In this document: positions 1-12,700 of the stretch, one piece after another | Layout of the letters: each line of letters begins with the position of its first letter | Numbering within the stretch: position 1 is the stretch's first letter | DNA from: Nemertoderma westbladi | Taxonomy: Eukaryota > Animalia > Xenacoelomorpha | NCBI GenBank assembly: GCA_032718475.1 | Contig: JAUCBJ010004867.1 | Location: 1-36,340, forward strand | Reading direction: 5' to 3' | DNA: 36,340 nt | The notes under the pieces: model-generated | Databases searched by the model: none | What the model was told of the DNA's origin: nothing | The model's input: the letters and a program-made list of their open reading frames with translations, nothing else | Position numbers and translations under genes: made by a program

Positions 1-320
1 CTTTTCGTAATTGATAAAATTACTCAAAATACATCACCCTTCAAGACTTTGGTATAGCCAGGTATTTCAGGGGTTCTATCTAAGAGAAATAACTGGCCCC
101 CTAAATTTAGGGGCTTTGCAGCAGCTTGGCGGGTCGTATCTATAGTAGGTCATGTGTAGGCCTACTATGTATTATAATTTTTCGCGAATTTCACAAATTT
201 TATACCTCAATTTCCACCGGAGTTGGTTATTTTTAACCTAAAGTTTATGTATATAGTGTCCTGAATAAATACTATTATTCTAAGTGTTATTGATAGTGTA
301 ATAACTATATACTGTACGTC

Positions 321-848
321 ATTGTTCATAATTTAGCACTTTATAGCTTTACGGTACGAGTGATTTTGTTTCCCGAGCGATATCGAGGGAAATAATAAAA
401 CGAGGGCCGTAATAACTATTTACATCATTGTGTGCAAAGTATTACTGTACTTTGCAGCGTTATGACCCGCGTTTATTTATGTACCGAGCGAGGGCAGCGA
501 GGGAGTTTTACATAAATAAACAAGGGTCTTTAACACTGCAAATTAATGAATTAATTTAATTAATTAATTAATTCTTTAAATTGTCGTCTATTGGACGTTT
601 CGACAAAATGGATTACAGTACAGGTACACGTTAAACAATTATTTACATACAGTAGCTAGTCCCGTCACTGCCAACTGGATAATAAAGCAGCACTCATTAA
701 CATAAATGGAAATAATACATTCTGGAATACGGTAATTGAAGTTGTTTCCATGTCAATGATTTACTTTGCAGCGTTACGAGTAATTCACTAGAACGCTGTT
801 AAGTTGACACAATGTAACAAAAGCTTTAAAGTGCTAATTATGAACAAT
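321..848. mobile_element. MITE-like element with ~29-bp terminal inverted repeats and internal hairpins
   Basis: 321-350 attgttcataatttagcactttatagcttt is the reverse complement of 820-848 (1 indel, 1 mismatch). Internal imperfect hairpins at 349-412 and 451-542 have CCGAGCG..CGAGG loops. No TSD recognised. Confidence 0.6.
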
Positions 849-1674
849 CGATAGCGAATCTGTTTCTATTTATTTGTATGGAATTATTAATTTCGCACTA
901 CCAAATTGCCAGGGCGACATATTTTCCAACTTTATATCGCAGTGCGACATTATTTCTCAGTATGTCCCTACGGCTGCGCCATACATTTTACTTGGCATGT
1001 CCAGTATGTCATGATTTAGGGCAGCCAGCGCCAGTATAACCAGTTACCTTATGAGAGTCCATGCTGCTGGACTCTAACTGCAGGAGGCAGGGGGGGGGGG
1101 GGGGGGGGAAACTGGACGCAAAACCCGCCTTGGCGAATTAATATCCCGCCTCAATGTTAAATTCTCAATATAGGGAAAGGAGCAGGTTACAGTGGCACGT
1201 TATTTTAACCAAAACAATAAACTAAACACAATAGAACAGGTTACAGTTTTATTTTTGAGAATAATCAGCTGTTATTTGCGTCGAATTTCCCCTGGAGAGG
1301 GATTAATTTTTATTGCGTCCAGTTCCCCCCCCATTGGCAGTCTCCATGAACGGAGCCGTTTTTTACTGACTTTATTCATGGAATTCTAGAATATCAATTT
1401 ATACCATAAATAATATTCTAGAAGTCCATGCTTGATTGGACTAGTTAGAAAAGATTATCCATGGTAAAGTACCTATCTTATTTACTTATTAGTAAAATGA
1501 GCCAAATAAATATAACGTGAATTATACAAAAAAGATCCTTAAATTGCCAAACCCAAGCCGAAAACCCATTGGTTTTGGGCTAGAGACATTTCCATTCTTT
1601 TGTCCGGCAATTAAACGATTTTCAGTTTATGAGACCCCACTAAATATGAAATCAAGAATTCCACTTAAATTAAC

Positions 1675-1711
1675 ATGGATAGTACAGTACTATCCAATTA
1701 ATATGGATAGT
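1675..1711. repeat. 28-bp palindromic repeat unit (~1.3 copies)
   Basis: atggatagtacagtactatccaattaat with palindromic core ggatagtacWgtactatcc; same unit as 3399-3487. Confidence 0.85.
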
Positions 1712-1737
1712 AAAGTGTAATTACTACTAAATAATAC

Positions 1738-2451
1738 GGATACAATTTGCTCCAGAATGCTTCGATTCTTTGGTTGCGAGTGCTTTTCCCGTAAAGAAAA
1801 GAAGATCGTGTATCCCCATTGTTTATTGAGTTCAAGTAACGCTGTAAGAGTTCTACATTTACGTTTTCTGTACCTCTATCGGACCTTATGGTCTTTGGTA
1901 CTCCACCAAGGAGCTCGAGGCTCGAGGATAACATCAACGAAGTATTGAGCAACTACAAACGGGTCATTATTGCTTTTTCCGCAGCGCAGCCATAACAGTT
2001 TTCTACTAAACACATCGATTGCCCCGTGAATCGCAAAACCAAAGGGCTTTAGTTTATCAAACCCATCTATATGATGTATAAAGTTGGGGCCCTTTGATAT
2101 ATAAGTTCTCCGGACTACCTTGTTATGTAAGCGCATTACTACAGCATTTGGATTTAACGCCTTCATTACACCACCAACAAGTGCTCTCGGAGCGAACAGT
2201 TTATATTTAAGCATCAAAGTAGATTGCATTTGTCGATATCCAGAATTCGTTCCATTGTTGGCAAATTCCTTCTCGATAGAATCAACAACGTGGTTGAAAT
2301 TTAAAGGGTCGAAAACCTTTGAAAGACCCATTTCTTGCAATCTTCTCCGTACTGTTCTGGATGATTGTCCATGTAAAAACTGTGCAATTTCTTTATGGTT
2401 ATAATTCAACCAGAATAAACGTTCAATCATTTGTTCTTGTTCATTATCCAT
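1738..2451 (-). pseudogene. IS3EU-like eukaryotic DDE transposase (integrase-core), frameshifted and 3'-truncated
   Basis: HTH-like N-terminus, then RRTYISKGPNFIHHIDGFDKLKPFGFAIHGAIDVFSRK; after a frameshift GGVPKTIRSDRGTEN and GKSTRNQRIEAFW supply the remaining D and E. Similarity ends abruptly near 1740. Confidence 0.8.
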
Positions 2452-2619
2452 AATGCACCATCTTAATTAGTTATCTAATTAATTATAATTATAAATTACA
2501 ATAGAAGCAAGTAATAAATTTAATATATAACGGAAAGTATCTTGCATACACGTGGAATAATAATAAAATCTTATAAACAACTTACTGGTGTACTGTACTT
2601 TTATAGCCTACAACCGCTC

Positions 2620-2878
2620 ACCGCGGGTGACCGGGGGTGACCGCGAGTGACCGGCGGTGACCGCGGGTGACCGGGGGTGACCGCGGGTGACCGGCGGTGA
2701 CCGCGGGTGACCGGCGGTGACCGCGGGTGACCGGCGGTGACCGGCGGTGACCGGCGGTGACCGCGGGTGACCGGCGGTGACCGCGGGTGACCGGCGGTGA
2801 CCGCGGGTGACCGGCGGTGACCGCGGGTGACCGGCGGTGACCGCGGGTGACCGGCGGTGACCGCGGGTGACCGGCGGT
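2620..2878. repeat. GC-rich 10-bp minisatellite (gtgaccgcgg / gtgaccggcg), ~26 units
   Basis: Visible tandem array, mostly alternating two 10-mers to give a 20-bp higher-order period. Confidence 0.95.
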
Positions 2879-2955
2879 AAGTAAATATTATTTTTGTCTG
2901 GAAAAAATTGGCCGCATTCAGCCACCGTACGGAGACAGCCTTGGATATAGAATAC

Positions 2956-3398
2956 TTTTTTTTTTTTTTTTTGGCTGCTTAGTGCTTTTTTTATTTTTAT
3001 TGACAAACTTGACAAATATATAAAAAGACACATAAAAGTTATAAAAAATAAGAAAAACCTCACCCACCACCAGGCTACTGTACAATGTTGCTTGGCTTAG
3101 CGGGAATTTCAAAATTAGTTTATTCTTGTATCAGCATTTGCCAACCGGATGGAGGCTTGGGCGATTTCCTGATATGTGCCTGCTGGGCGTTTACGGGCAG
3201 ACCTAGAGCCGCGGACGCACATGAGCGAGGTCCTCAGCAAGGCGAAACTGAGTTGCCGTCGCACCCAGTTCACACATTCGCTATATGGCGTCTCGCGACG
3301 TTCCGCCAACTTGGAAGCGAGATGCTTCACAAACAGCGTTGTAGTGGGCGAGATACCCCCCAACACTGAAAATATGAGGGGTGTAAACGTCGCGAGAT
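2956..3398 (-). mobile_element. 5'-truncated CRE-clade non-LTR retrotransposon 3' end with poly(A) tail
   Basis: ATFTPLIFSVLGG...LASKLAERRETPYSECVNWVRRQLSFALLRTSLMCVRGSR matches the C-terminus of CRE-type restriction-like endonuclease proteins. Stop at 3115, short 3' UTR, AATAAA (2996-3001), A17 (2956-2972). Confidence 0.8.
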
Positions 3399-3487
3399 AT
3401 GGATAGTACTGTACTATCCAATTAATATGGATAGTACAGTACTAACCAATTAATATGGATAGTACAGTACTATCCAATTAATATGGG
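3399..3487. repeat. 28-bp palindromic tandem repeat, 3 units
   Basis: (atggatagtacWgtactatccaattaat)x3, one unit with a mismatch. Confidence 0.9.
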
Positions 3488-3539
3488 TTAATAAGCGATT
3501 TCGTTGCCTGTACATCTTCTGAATAAATCCAACACTTAC

Positions 3540-3670
3540 CATCAGAGTTGCAACCATATAATCCTATGAACTGCGCTCCATTATTTGTCTTGTTATAGAC
3601 TGAAACGACTTCCAGCTTCACTCTCGTTACATTAGAGACAGGAGGGTTAATGTCGAAGGATTGCATAGCC
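3540..3670 (-). CDS. Host gene exon C: C-terminal part of discoidin/F5-8 type C-like domain
   Basis: Acceptor ttttttaacttcag, donor G|gtaagt. Encodes (R)AMQSFDINPPVSNVTRVKLEVVSVYNKTNNGAQFIGLYGCNSD. Phase-2 start matches exon 30288-30422; phase-1 end. Confidence 0.85.
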
Positions 3671-4130
3671 CTGAAGTTAAAAAAAAATTAATTCAAATTG
3701 ATTTTCAAATGCTAATTTAATTATAAAAAACAGCCGAAAGAAGTTGCACTTCTACAGATCCGGTTGGGCCCTTCCTGAAGAATGCCCCACCAATAATGAA
3801 AGACACACGGACCGAATACTTCGTTGCATACGTGCCATTTCTTCGGCGAAAATTGAGAAATTTCGCAAACGTCGCGATTTTCCCCCAATTATATAATATT
3901 TCTATAAAATGTTCTACAGTAGAACAAAAATATTTCTTCTATAACATTATTAAAATTGGATAGGAAATATTATCTATATATTAGCAAATACTACAGCTAG
4001 TATGAAAAAATTAGGAGGATGTATAAGTATACTGCACTAGTACCTACTTTAGGTTGAGCTTCGCAAACGTCGCGATCTTCGCGAAATTAGCTTGTTGGCA
4101 TAAATTCTAACATTGAAAAAATTTTAACAA

Positions 4131-4342
4131 TATCGTTTATTGTTTTGGTTAGAAAAATCCGCTACTGAAACTTGCTTCTTTCCCACAAGTTGTAATGATA
4201 TCGTTTGTTTTTGTTGAAAAAGCCCATTTCTGAAACCTGCTCCTTTCCTAATGAAATCGTTTATTTTTTTGGTTAGAAAGGCCTGCCTCTGTCATCACCT
4301 TTCCCTTGTAGGCCTATTCGTTCATTGGTTTGGTTAGAAAAT
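4131..4342. repeat. Degenerate ~60-bp tandem repeat, ~3.5 units
   Basis: atcgtttattgttttggttagaaa...ctgaaacYtgctYctttcc recurs at ~4131, 4199, 4256 and 4317. Confidence 0.65.
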
Positions 4343-4474
4343 CGGTGTAACCAAAAAAATACTGCCAAATTTAAGCAGAATGAAAATTACATTAATTTTT
4401 GTGTCGCAAAACCAAGTAAATACACGCACTGGAGTATAAAGAAAACAAATTAAATATAATTGAATAATATAATT

Positions 4475-5539
4475 TGTCAAGGCTTTTACGGGAGGCTAAC
4501 CTACATCGGCCAAGAGAGTTTGTTTGTAACTCTTGTGAGTACTATCAAGTGCCTTGGGATACCTATGTGCAGCGTATGTATGACCCACTGTGTGGGAGAC
4601 TGGATTCGGTTCTAGAGAAAGTTATTGCAGTGTAGGCTACTTTGTATCATTCGATTGATCGCTACTATATAATCTCCGACAACTATATTTACTTTCGGGG
4701 AAATATTAACAGTTCCTTTGGGACGTGGCGCTTTAAGTATCAAACAGAGTTATGACTTACACTAATCACAACTGGAGGCTATAGTATATCACAAATAGCG
4801 CATTCGTTAGGAATGCTTTATTAACCTTCACACGACTTCACACTAATTCGCACTAATGCACACTGATTTGCCGACCGTCACTGATTTTGATCATAAGGAG
4901 GATTGCAACTGATATACGTAGGGATTATGAAATAGCATTTAATTCACACCAAAACCACTATAATTTGAGTCGCAATTGCTACTGGTACACCCTTCTGCTT
5001 ACCTCAGTAATTAAGAAAGTTGAGGGGTTTACGATTATTTATCGGTATTTTCCAAATATAACATCCAATATAACATTAATATAAACAGCAATTAACAACA
5101 ATACAAAACAGTATTAAAGCAGTGCGGTGAAATCAGTCAGTAGAAAATATGCGGTGAGATGTAATGAAATACGTGAAATACGTCGAGTGAAAAACGTTAA
5201 TAGATTTGCGTTCTTATGACTCTAGCCACAGATGTTTTGGGCAAAGTCTGAAATGTCAGAACTTCAGAATGAATCCAGAATGAAGGAGGATTCTAGTAAA
5301 AAGTGCTGCATGCGCCATTTTTCATAGGCCACTATTAACGGGGCCAGGGAGATTGCTCTGATTGGCTGAAATATACCAAACAAAGAAATTTCCACACATA
5401 AAGAAACAGCTGGCAGAGTTCGTCATCTCAGTCCTGTATTTTCTGGCAGACGCATAGCTGAACAATTCTAAGCCTTTTTAGAGTTTTCTATTTAGCGCAT
5501 TGCGTAAAATGACTTGTTATGTCCGCAAAAGCTTTTACA
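4475..5539 (-). mobile_element. Putative 3' LTR (1065 bp) of an LTR retrotransposon
   Basis: TG...CA termini with a 14/17 inverted match (TGTAAAAGCTTTTGCGG vs TGTCAAGGCTTTTACGG). Purine-rich GGGAGCGG directly precedes it on the minus strand (5540-5547). CCAAT box 5358-5367, AATAAA 4817-4822. No second copy in the window. Confidence 0.65.
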
Positions 5540-5617
5540 CCGCTCCCAGAAAATGGGATTTAAGTCAATAAAATATAAAAATCACAGTTTCTAATATATA
5601 AAAAATTCTCTAAACTA

Positions 5618-8253
5618 TCAGTCCTTCTTTCGCGAACGGCGTTTACGAAGTTTAATGGGACTGGTGAGAGTCTTTTTCTCTTTGGGGCGAGCCACTTTAC
5701 TAGGAGGGCTATAACTCCTGGGTGAAGGGTGCAATACAATTGCATCGGAAGGGTTTGGATTACGGTCGGTGTATCCGCCAGTCGAGGTACCCGGTTGATC
5801 AATGTCGACATCGGAGGATTGGGAGCGAACAACCTTTAGGGCTCGTTTTAGGACGGCAGCTCGTACTGGTCCTTGATGGGTTGTCTGTACGATAGCGGTA
5901 GGTTGACCGTGTGTAGTGAGAAATTTCCTCGGTTTAATTGTTCTTTCTAATTCGCGTTCTCTGGCTTTATATTTATATGGTCGTCTATGAACTTCTTGTA
6001 ACTCGGGATGTGAGTTTATGAATAAGTCACCGTATTCAGGATCTTGGTGGATAAAGTTAATCAAGTTATAAGAATCCAAGAATAGAAGTTATAAGAATTG
6101 GGGTTGATATTTCTCAGATATTTGCGAACATATTTAGTTGAAATGTTCTCGCCAACACGTTTCATCAGTTCGTAACTGAGAGTGCGAGATTTTTATTCAA
6201 CGGAGGAAAAGAGGTATGGGTGAAAAGCATAAACTCCTTCATATGCACGTCCTGGATTGTATCGGTGATGTGATTCGCAATGGAGATCCGCATTAGCTTC
6301 CCAAGATCTGATGTAACGCAATGCAACTATTTCGTCTACACTTTCTAGATCTCGGTTGAGTGGTGACATTGAGTCATAAATTGAGGACAAACAGCAAAAA
6401 TATGCCGATTGTTACGTCGACAATAAGCACAATAAATTTCCATAGCCGGTTGGTCTTTAAAGTAGGAGCAGAATTTGTTGGAGTCTGCTGGGGTAAAGTG
6501 GTCCCGTGATGCACATAATCGGCAATGTTTCCTAGAAATGTAATTGGCATGCCGATAATCATATGCCGTGAGACATTGTGGACCTTGATACCATTCCAAC
6601 ACATAATCATTATCGCTACTCCTAGACGTTGCAGGTTGAATTTCTTCAGATTCCAAGCAAATTTGTTCTTCTTCAATTTGCATATCTTCGATAGATGTAG
6701 CCGTTTTCTCAAGGGAACCCACCGTTTGAACATCCACAATAGAGTATCCTGTGGGGATTCGGGGTCTTTGTATGACAGATGAATGTAGATTCTGTATACA
6801 AACGTCCTTAAAAATGGCAAATCCAGCACTATGCAACTTCTCAGCGGCGTAATCTCTCAAGCTGAGTTTGGTCAAAGCGCAGTCTTTAAACTGACTGTCA
6901 ACGTTACGGAACGGAGTCAGAAAGTGCCTAAAGTATTCAAATCGGATGAATTTATTGTGTTCATCTAGCTTAGCAAGTTTAGTTCCAAGCACTAAGGGGT
7001 GTGTATAACCAGATTTATGACATGCAATGGTACCAGTTGTTCACAGAAGATTATTGTGTCCTTTCAGTCCTTGTACCAATGGCCATGAACTTGAGGAAGT
7101 TATTGTTCAACACGGTGATACATTGACAGGAGGTATGGATACCAATATAAGCATCCAAATAAATAGTAAAGGGATGGGGAGGTTTCATGAGGTGTTTCAT
7201 GATGATGGTATATTAAATCCACGATACGACAATGATTGGTCGATATTCTCCAGGAAGCTCCAAGCGCGTTGGGTAGAGAAGATGGGAGGAAGAGGGTTTC
7301 TATATCAACGTCTTGTATCCTCGATTGTGATGGGTAGAGGGAGAGTAGTGGTAGGAAGGAGGAAGGATATGGAGGGGTAGTATCTATAAGATACCACAAT
7401 GGACATGTTTCCTTTCGCGTCATTACTCATTCCTACGCTTTTATTGTGACACTGATCACAACAAATGTAGGAAGAGGATGAGGTAAGAGGAAGTTACAGC
7501 CACCTGAGGGACACCGCCCGTGAGCACCAGCGCCCTGGGGAAAACTATTCACACTATGGACCCTTGGTATTAATGTATGTTTTTTCTCTAGCTGATTTCC
7601 CTCCGCTTGTCTTTAAAAACGTTCTTCCACATTCTCTCTTTCGAGTGGGTTTCGAATAGAATTTTCATGTTCAATTCTCAGTTTATCGTTCCGACTCCGC
7701 TGGGCATGATATTTAAATTAAATAATTTCCCTTTCAGTATCTACATCGTCAGTATTGTGTAAATCGATAGGATGACCAGTAGTTAAGAAGTCCATGTACG
7801 TAAAATTACGATGCGTATAGCGAGCGGTGAATTTTCTATAGTCTAATTCATGCTTGAGCTGTTCCTTTGACATTGGCGGTTCGATATAATGGCCATCATC
7901 TTCCATCGTGTATTGACTCGCGTCACCGCTTATTAAACTATCAACAAACGCTTGTAGTGGTAGAGTATATCGCTCCCTGATACCAAGATCATATTCTATC
8001 AACTCAGTCATAGCTGCTATATGAGTTTATCGATATTATAACTAATAAAGCTAGAGCGCATTGCCGCCTTTAACCCCTCTCTGCTCCCAGACAGCCCTGA
8101 GATCCTCAGCGCTGATGTACTGCTGTCGATGTGCCCCGCGCCAACGTAGTAGCCACTCAACGACAACAATAACCAGCGCGAGTCACTCCACTGTCCGTCC
8201 CAAGGGCTCGAATATACTGGAGGTACTTGATACAGATGTAGGATAACTTTCAC
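5618..8253 (-). pseudogene. Degenerate ORF region of unknown family with two CCHC-type zinc motifs and a basic C-terminal tail
   Basis: Closely spaced same-strand ORF pieces (8253-8017; 8011-7100 in one frame with internal stops; 6992-6345; 6390-6193; 6079-5618). CRLCASRDH-x9-C and CAYCRRNNRHIFAVC at ~6524-6387. Ends KLRKRRSRKKD ~70 bp before the PPT/LTR. Confidence 0.55.
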
Positions 8254-8779
8254 AATTGCGGCTCACTACTGTAAACACACTTTAGTAGTAACATTCACCT
8301 ATAAATACACAAATTCCACATTCCTGCCACAATTTGTACAAATTACGGCCATTTGTCCGTTAGTCAGATGCCTTCCAGAATGCCACATTATTATTATGTA
8401 TCCTTAGGTACTATCAAGGTGCTATTTATTACGCATGCTATTCAATGGGGTAAGCTTTCTATTGTTCTTTTAACTCACTTCTAATTCTAGCGTGGTTGTT
8501 ACTATGGAGACATTTATGCAAAGCTAGGGGTAGAATTAGGGTATTTCTCATGCATACAGATCTGGGATACTATTTAATAGTGACTCTTTAGTTGTTAATA
8601 TTCCCTTTATACATGATTTAAATTAATTTGTAACTAATTAATTAAGTAATTAATTAATTAACGGAATTTTGGGAATGTTTATAAATTGTATAAATGACAA
8701 TTTATTTAATTCATGAGAGGATATGAATTTAAAATTTATTCCCGTGAATTTTATTATTTAATATTAAAATAGACACAGT

Positions 8780-9150
8780 TTTATTCCAGAACATGTCTGG
8801 GGACTCTGCGCCTTGATTCTAGAAATTTTGTCTTTTAAGGGTATCAGTAAGTACTACGATATCTTAATCAACTAAAATTTTAGAGGATCTAAGGGTTTAA
8901 CAGATTTTGTCAGCATTTTTTTTATAATAATGCTGTGAAGATTTAACAGATTTTTATCTCAACATTTTGTTGTAATAATTTTATGAATATTTAACAATTA
9001 GTTAATATTAGGATGGGCACCAATTTATTCCAAAACATGTCTGGGGACGTTAACCACTGATTCTAGAATTTTGTCTTTCAAGTATATTGGTCGATGCCGC
9101 GATATCTTAATCAACTAGAATTTCAGATGGTCAAAGGGTATAACAGATTT
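8780..9150. repeat. Diverged ~128-bp direct repeat (8780-8908 and 9024-9150)
   Basis: Both copies read tttattccaRaacatgtctggggac...gattctagaa..ttttgtcttt...gatatcttaatcaacta...aagggtWtaacagattt. Confidence 0.8.
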
Positions 9151-9709
9151 ATGGGCAAAGATTTTAACAGATTTACTTTGATTGCACTACTGTTAAATGG
9201 ACATCTTTCTACTAGATGTATTATTTAAGAAACGGTATGAGAGCAATATTGCAAGAAGCAATGTCAGTGAGAAGAGGCAAGTCGTTTCCAAGGTCTACCC
9301 AGAGCTTGGTTTAGCCGAGACATGAGGATCTGAACTTTGCATTCCTAATACTCTACCTTACCAATAATATCTAAGTATAGTAGGAGCGGTATAGATTGTA
9401 CTTTAATAAGTACCGACATTTCATCTTACTGTAGTCACGTCTTTATAATAGAATACAGACAGTAAGGAAAGAGAAAACGAAATTATTTCTCGCCGTTAAC
9501 GAAATATATTATACTAAGTAATTAAGTAATAAAATATGAAATATATTGCACTAATCTACTAAATAATCGTTTAAAATATTATTCTACTAAATAAAATTAA
9601 ATAAAATTAAATAAAACGATCATAATAATATAAATTACATAATAATGCGTACATAAATATAAAAATAAACAAATAAAATAATAGAGTCACACATCCACTC
9701 CAAGCGCTG

Positions 9710-12700
9710 TTACATTGGGGAGTCCCTAGATGTTTGTTGGATTAGGCAGGTGATCGTGGGAAGAGTCTCTTGTTTCCCGTAGTTACCGGACAACTCTCGG
9801 TCTCTTTCCAATAAACATAAACGACCAACCGGGCGAATAAGTTGTTGAGTTTCAAAAACAATTCCAGGTTTCTTGTAGTTACATCGCATGACTACGAGTT
9901 CCACCGATCTCACTAAACCATCATCGGATATATGAGTCTCGATGATACGACCTGTCTGCCACCTCTTACGGGGAAGATCTGATTCCACAATGAGGACCAT
10001 ATCTCTGGCGCTGACATTTTCTTGCTGCGCAAACCACTTTGTTCGGATTTGTAGCGTAGGAAGATAATATTTTTCGAAATGGTCAGCGAAATGACGGGAT
10101 AATAACTGCATAAGTTGCCATGTTTGTCAGCAATACTCGTCTCCGTCCGCTATTTCCGACTGCGGGAGCATTGCTACAGGTTTCTTTAGTAGGAAATGCG
10201 CAGGTGTTAGCACTTCTAGGGAGTCTGGACTCCATGAGACTGGCATAAGCGGTCTCTCGTTGAGATAGGCGACTATTTCCTCCATTAACGTCCGCAAAAG
10301 TTCGTCGGTGAGATACGCGGGCATGGCACTACAAAATGAAATGCAGTCTTCACGCTATGTATGAGTCTCTCCCAACTTCCTCCCCACCAAGGGGCGTCGG
10401 CGGCGTTGAAGGTCCAGCTAGATGCTGTTACTCTCAGCTGATCGTCCATCTGTCTTTGGTTCCAATCGTTTACAAAAGCTTTAATCTCATTGTTGGCTCC
10501 AATGAAATTAGTACCTTTGTCAGATCTCATAGTGTTGCTAGTTCCAAAATGAGCGATTTGTCGGCGTAAACTTAGTATGAAGCTGTTGGTAGATAGATCA
10601 TTCACCATATTAAGATGGATCGCTCTACAAGTCATACAAACAAAGATGACGCACTATCGCTTGACTATAGTCCTAGCACGATACACTTCAATAGGGCCAA
10701 ATAAATCCACACCAGTATTGGTAAAGGGTGGTTCATAACAGCTTACTCTTTCCCTAGGTAATTCTGCCTCTCGCTGTGTTAAAGGCCTACTAAATGCTTT
10801 CCTACATGGTATACAGTTCCTAAGAACTTGGTTTAGAGCTCTACGGGGTTTATGGAAATAATAGCGAGTTCTAATTTCGCTAAGAACTCGTTCTCTACCA
10901 GTGTGGTAAAGCTTACTGTGGATATCTACAATCATCTTGATTTGTATTTCAAGATTTCTAATCAGTATGGGAAACTTAGTGTCAAAGGACAATGGAGCAT
11001 TGGTTAATCTCCCTCCGACACGTATTAGCCCATCTATCATTGTGCTAGAAAAAGAATCCCTTAAGCGCATCTGTGGATTTCTCACCAACAGGAAATACTT
11101 TTCGGAATTCTCGTAACATTGCAGGAGTCTCAGTATCTGCTTATTGGTATCATCATGTTCGTGGTAACTGATCTTCTCAGTTAGAAACTTATTAGGTAGC
11201 CGATAAGTGGGAAGATCTTTGGTAGCATGGACCCTTTCGTCTACTTCCGAAGTGGCATCATTAATGATCTTCTACCTAGAATAGTGATGATAGAAACATC
11301 GCTTTAAATTCACAATGGCCTTGCAAAGCCGATTCCAGGAGCTATAATGATCCATCGCTCTTTGGATGAGAGGAAAGAGTCCTTGTGAGACGTCTGGTGT
11401 TCAAGATTTCCAATCTCTTTCCCTTATTTCTATGATGGATTTATTTATGGTTCGAGTAACATCCATGGATTTTGGGTGATTAGGAACCACAGTGGCATAA
11501 CCGGCGGTGTGTAGCACAGACAGATCTATCGCTGGCTTAAACAGCTTTGATTTACTCTTCCGGGTTTTCGGTTTGACCTTTTCCGCTTCCTTTTCTTGTC
11601 TGATCTCCGCCGTGGTGAGATGAGGGGGCCATTCCTCCTCTTCTTTGCTTAGGAAGTCGGGGCCACCTAACTAATCTGGAGTGTCTATTAGTTCTCGAGG
11701 AGTTGCTCCTCTGGAAGCGATGTCGGCTGGATTAATCATCCCCGGGCAATGTCTCCATTGATCTACATTAGTGCGACTGAGTATAATAGCTACTCTGTTG
11801 GTAACAAAGACGCTGAACTGACAGACTTCATTAGTGATATATTCCAGAACGAGTAATGCATCAGTCCAATAGACAGTTTTCTCTAGTGGATATTCGATCT
11901 GTTCCGTTACATTCCGGCCGATGGCTGTAGCGTATAGTGCTGCTTTTAACTCCGCTCTGGGAACCCGCAGTTTGTTATTTATCAGGGCCTTGGAGGCGGC
12001 TAATGAAACTTTAATTCAATCAGGAGTTTCAACCCTCAGGTAGGCTACGGTATTATACCTATTCCAATATCGCTGGCGTCTCCAAAAACATGGAGTTGAT
12101 AGGAATATGTGGGGAGAACGTGACCGAAATACGAGTGGGAAATCTTAAAGTTCTCCATAGATGGTAAAGAATCCTCCCACTTCACCCACTTCTTTAGCAG
12201 TTCTCCCTGGAGTGGATCATCCCAAGAGTGGTTTTCAAGCCACATTTGTTGTACCAGACTCCGAGCAACTAGGATTACAGGACTAATGAATCCCAATGGG
12301 TCGAAATAAGTGCTCAGAATACTCAGGCAAAGCCGATTAGTTCAAACGTGATTTTCACGCTGTTTCAGTTGGAAAAATAAAATGTCTCTCTCCGTGTCCC
12401 ATTTCAGTCCAAGGGTTTTAGTTTAGGGGAGATCGTCCTTAATGAGGTCAAGATCTTTAACACCTTGATCTTCCACTGGGATCGATTCCAGGAACTCACG
12501 GGAGTTACTAGTAAATTTGGTTAGGCGAAATCCACCTCGTTGTAAGCACTCTACCGTTCCCTTGGCAACATCGATTGCTTCTTCCACCGATGGGAGGGAC
12601 TTTAAATTGTCATCCATATAAATATCCCATTTGATGTTGTTGATAACTGCTTTAGAGAAGGCGTCTCTATTATCGTCGGCACTGGTGCGCACTACCGAAC

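Noticed and set aside
2608-3063. 151-aa ORF with a hydrophobic N-terminus and repeats
   Set aside because: Reads through a LINE 3' UTR, its poly(A) and a stop-free minisatellite.
7490-7545. Possible twister or HDV-like ribozyme in a GC-rich patch
   Set aside because: The conserved core and pseudoknot pairings could not be built.
9262-9693. BEL 3' LTR paired with 28578-28858 to make one full element
   Set aside because: Only patchy short similarities and no shared TSD, so pairing cannot be supported. Kept only as a caveat.
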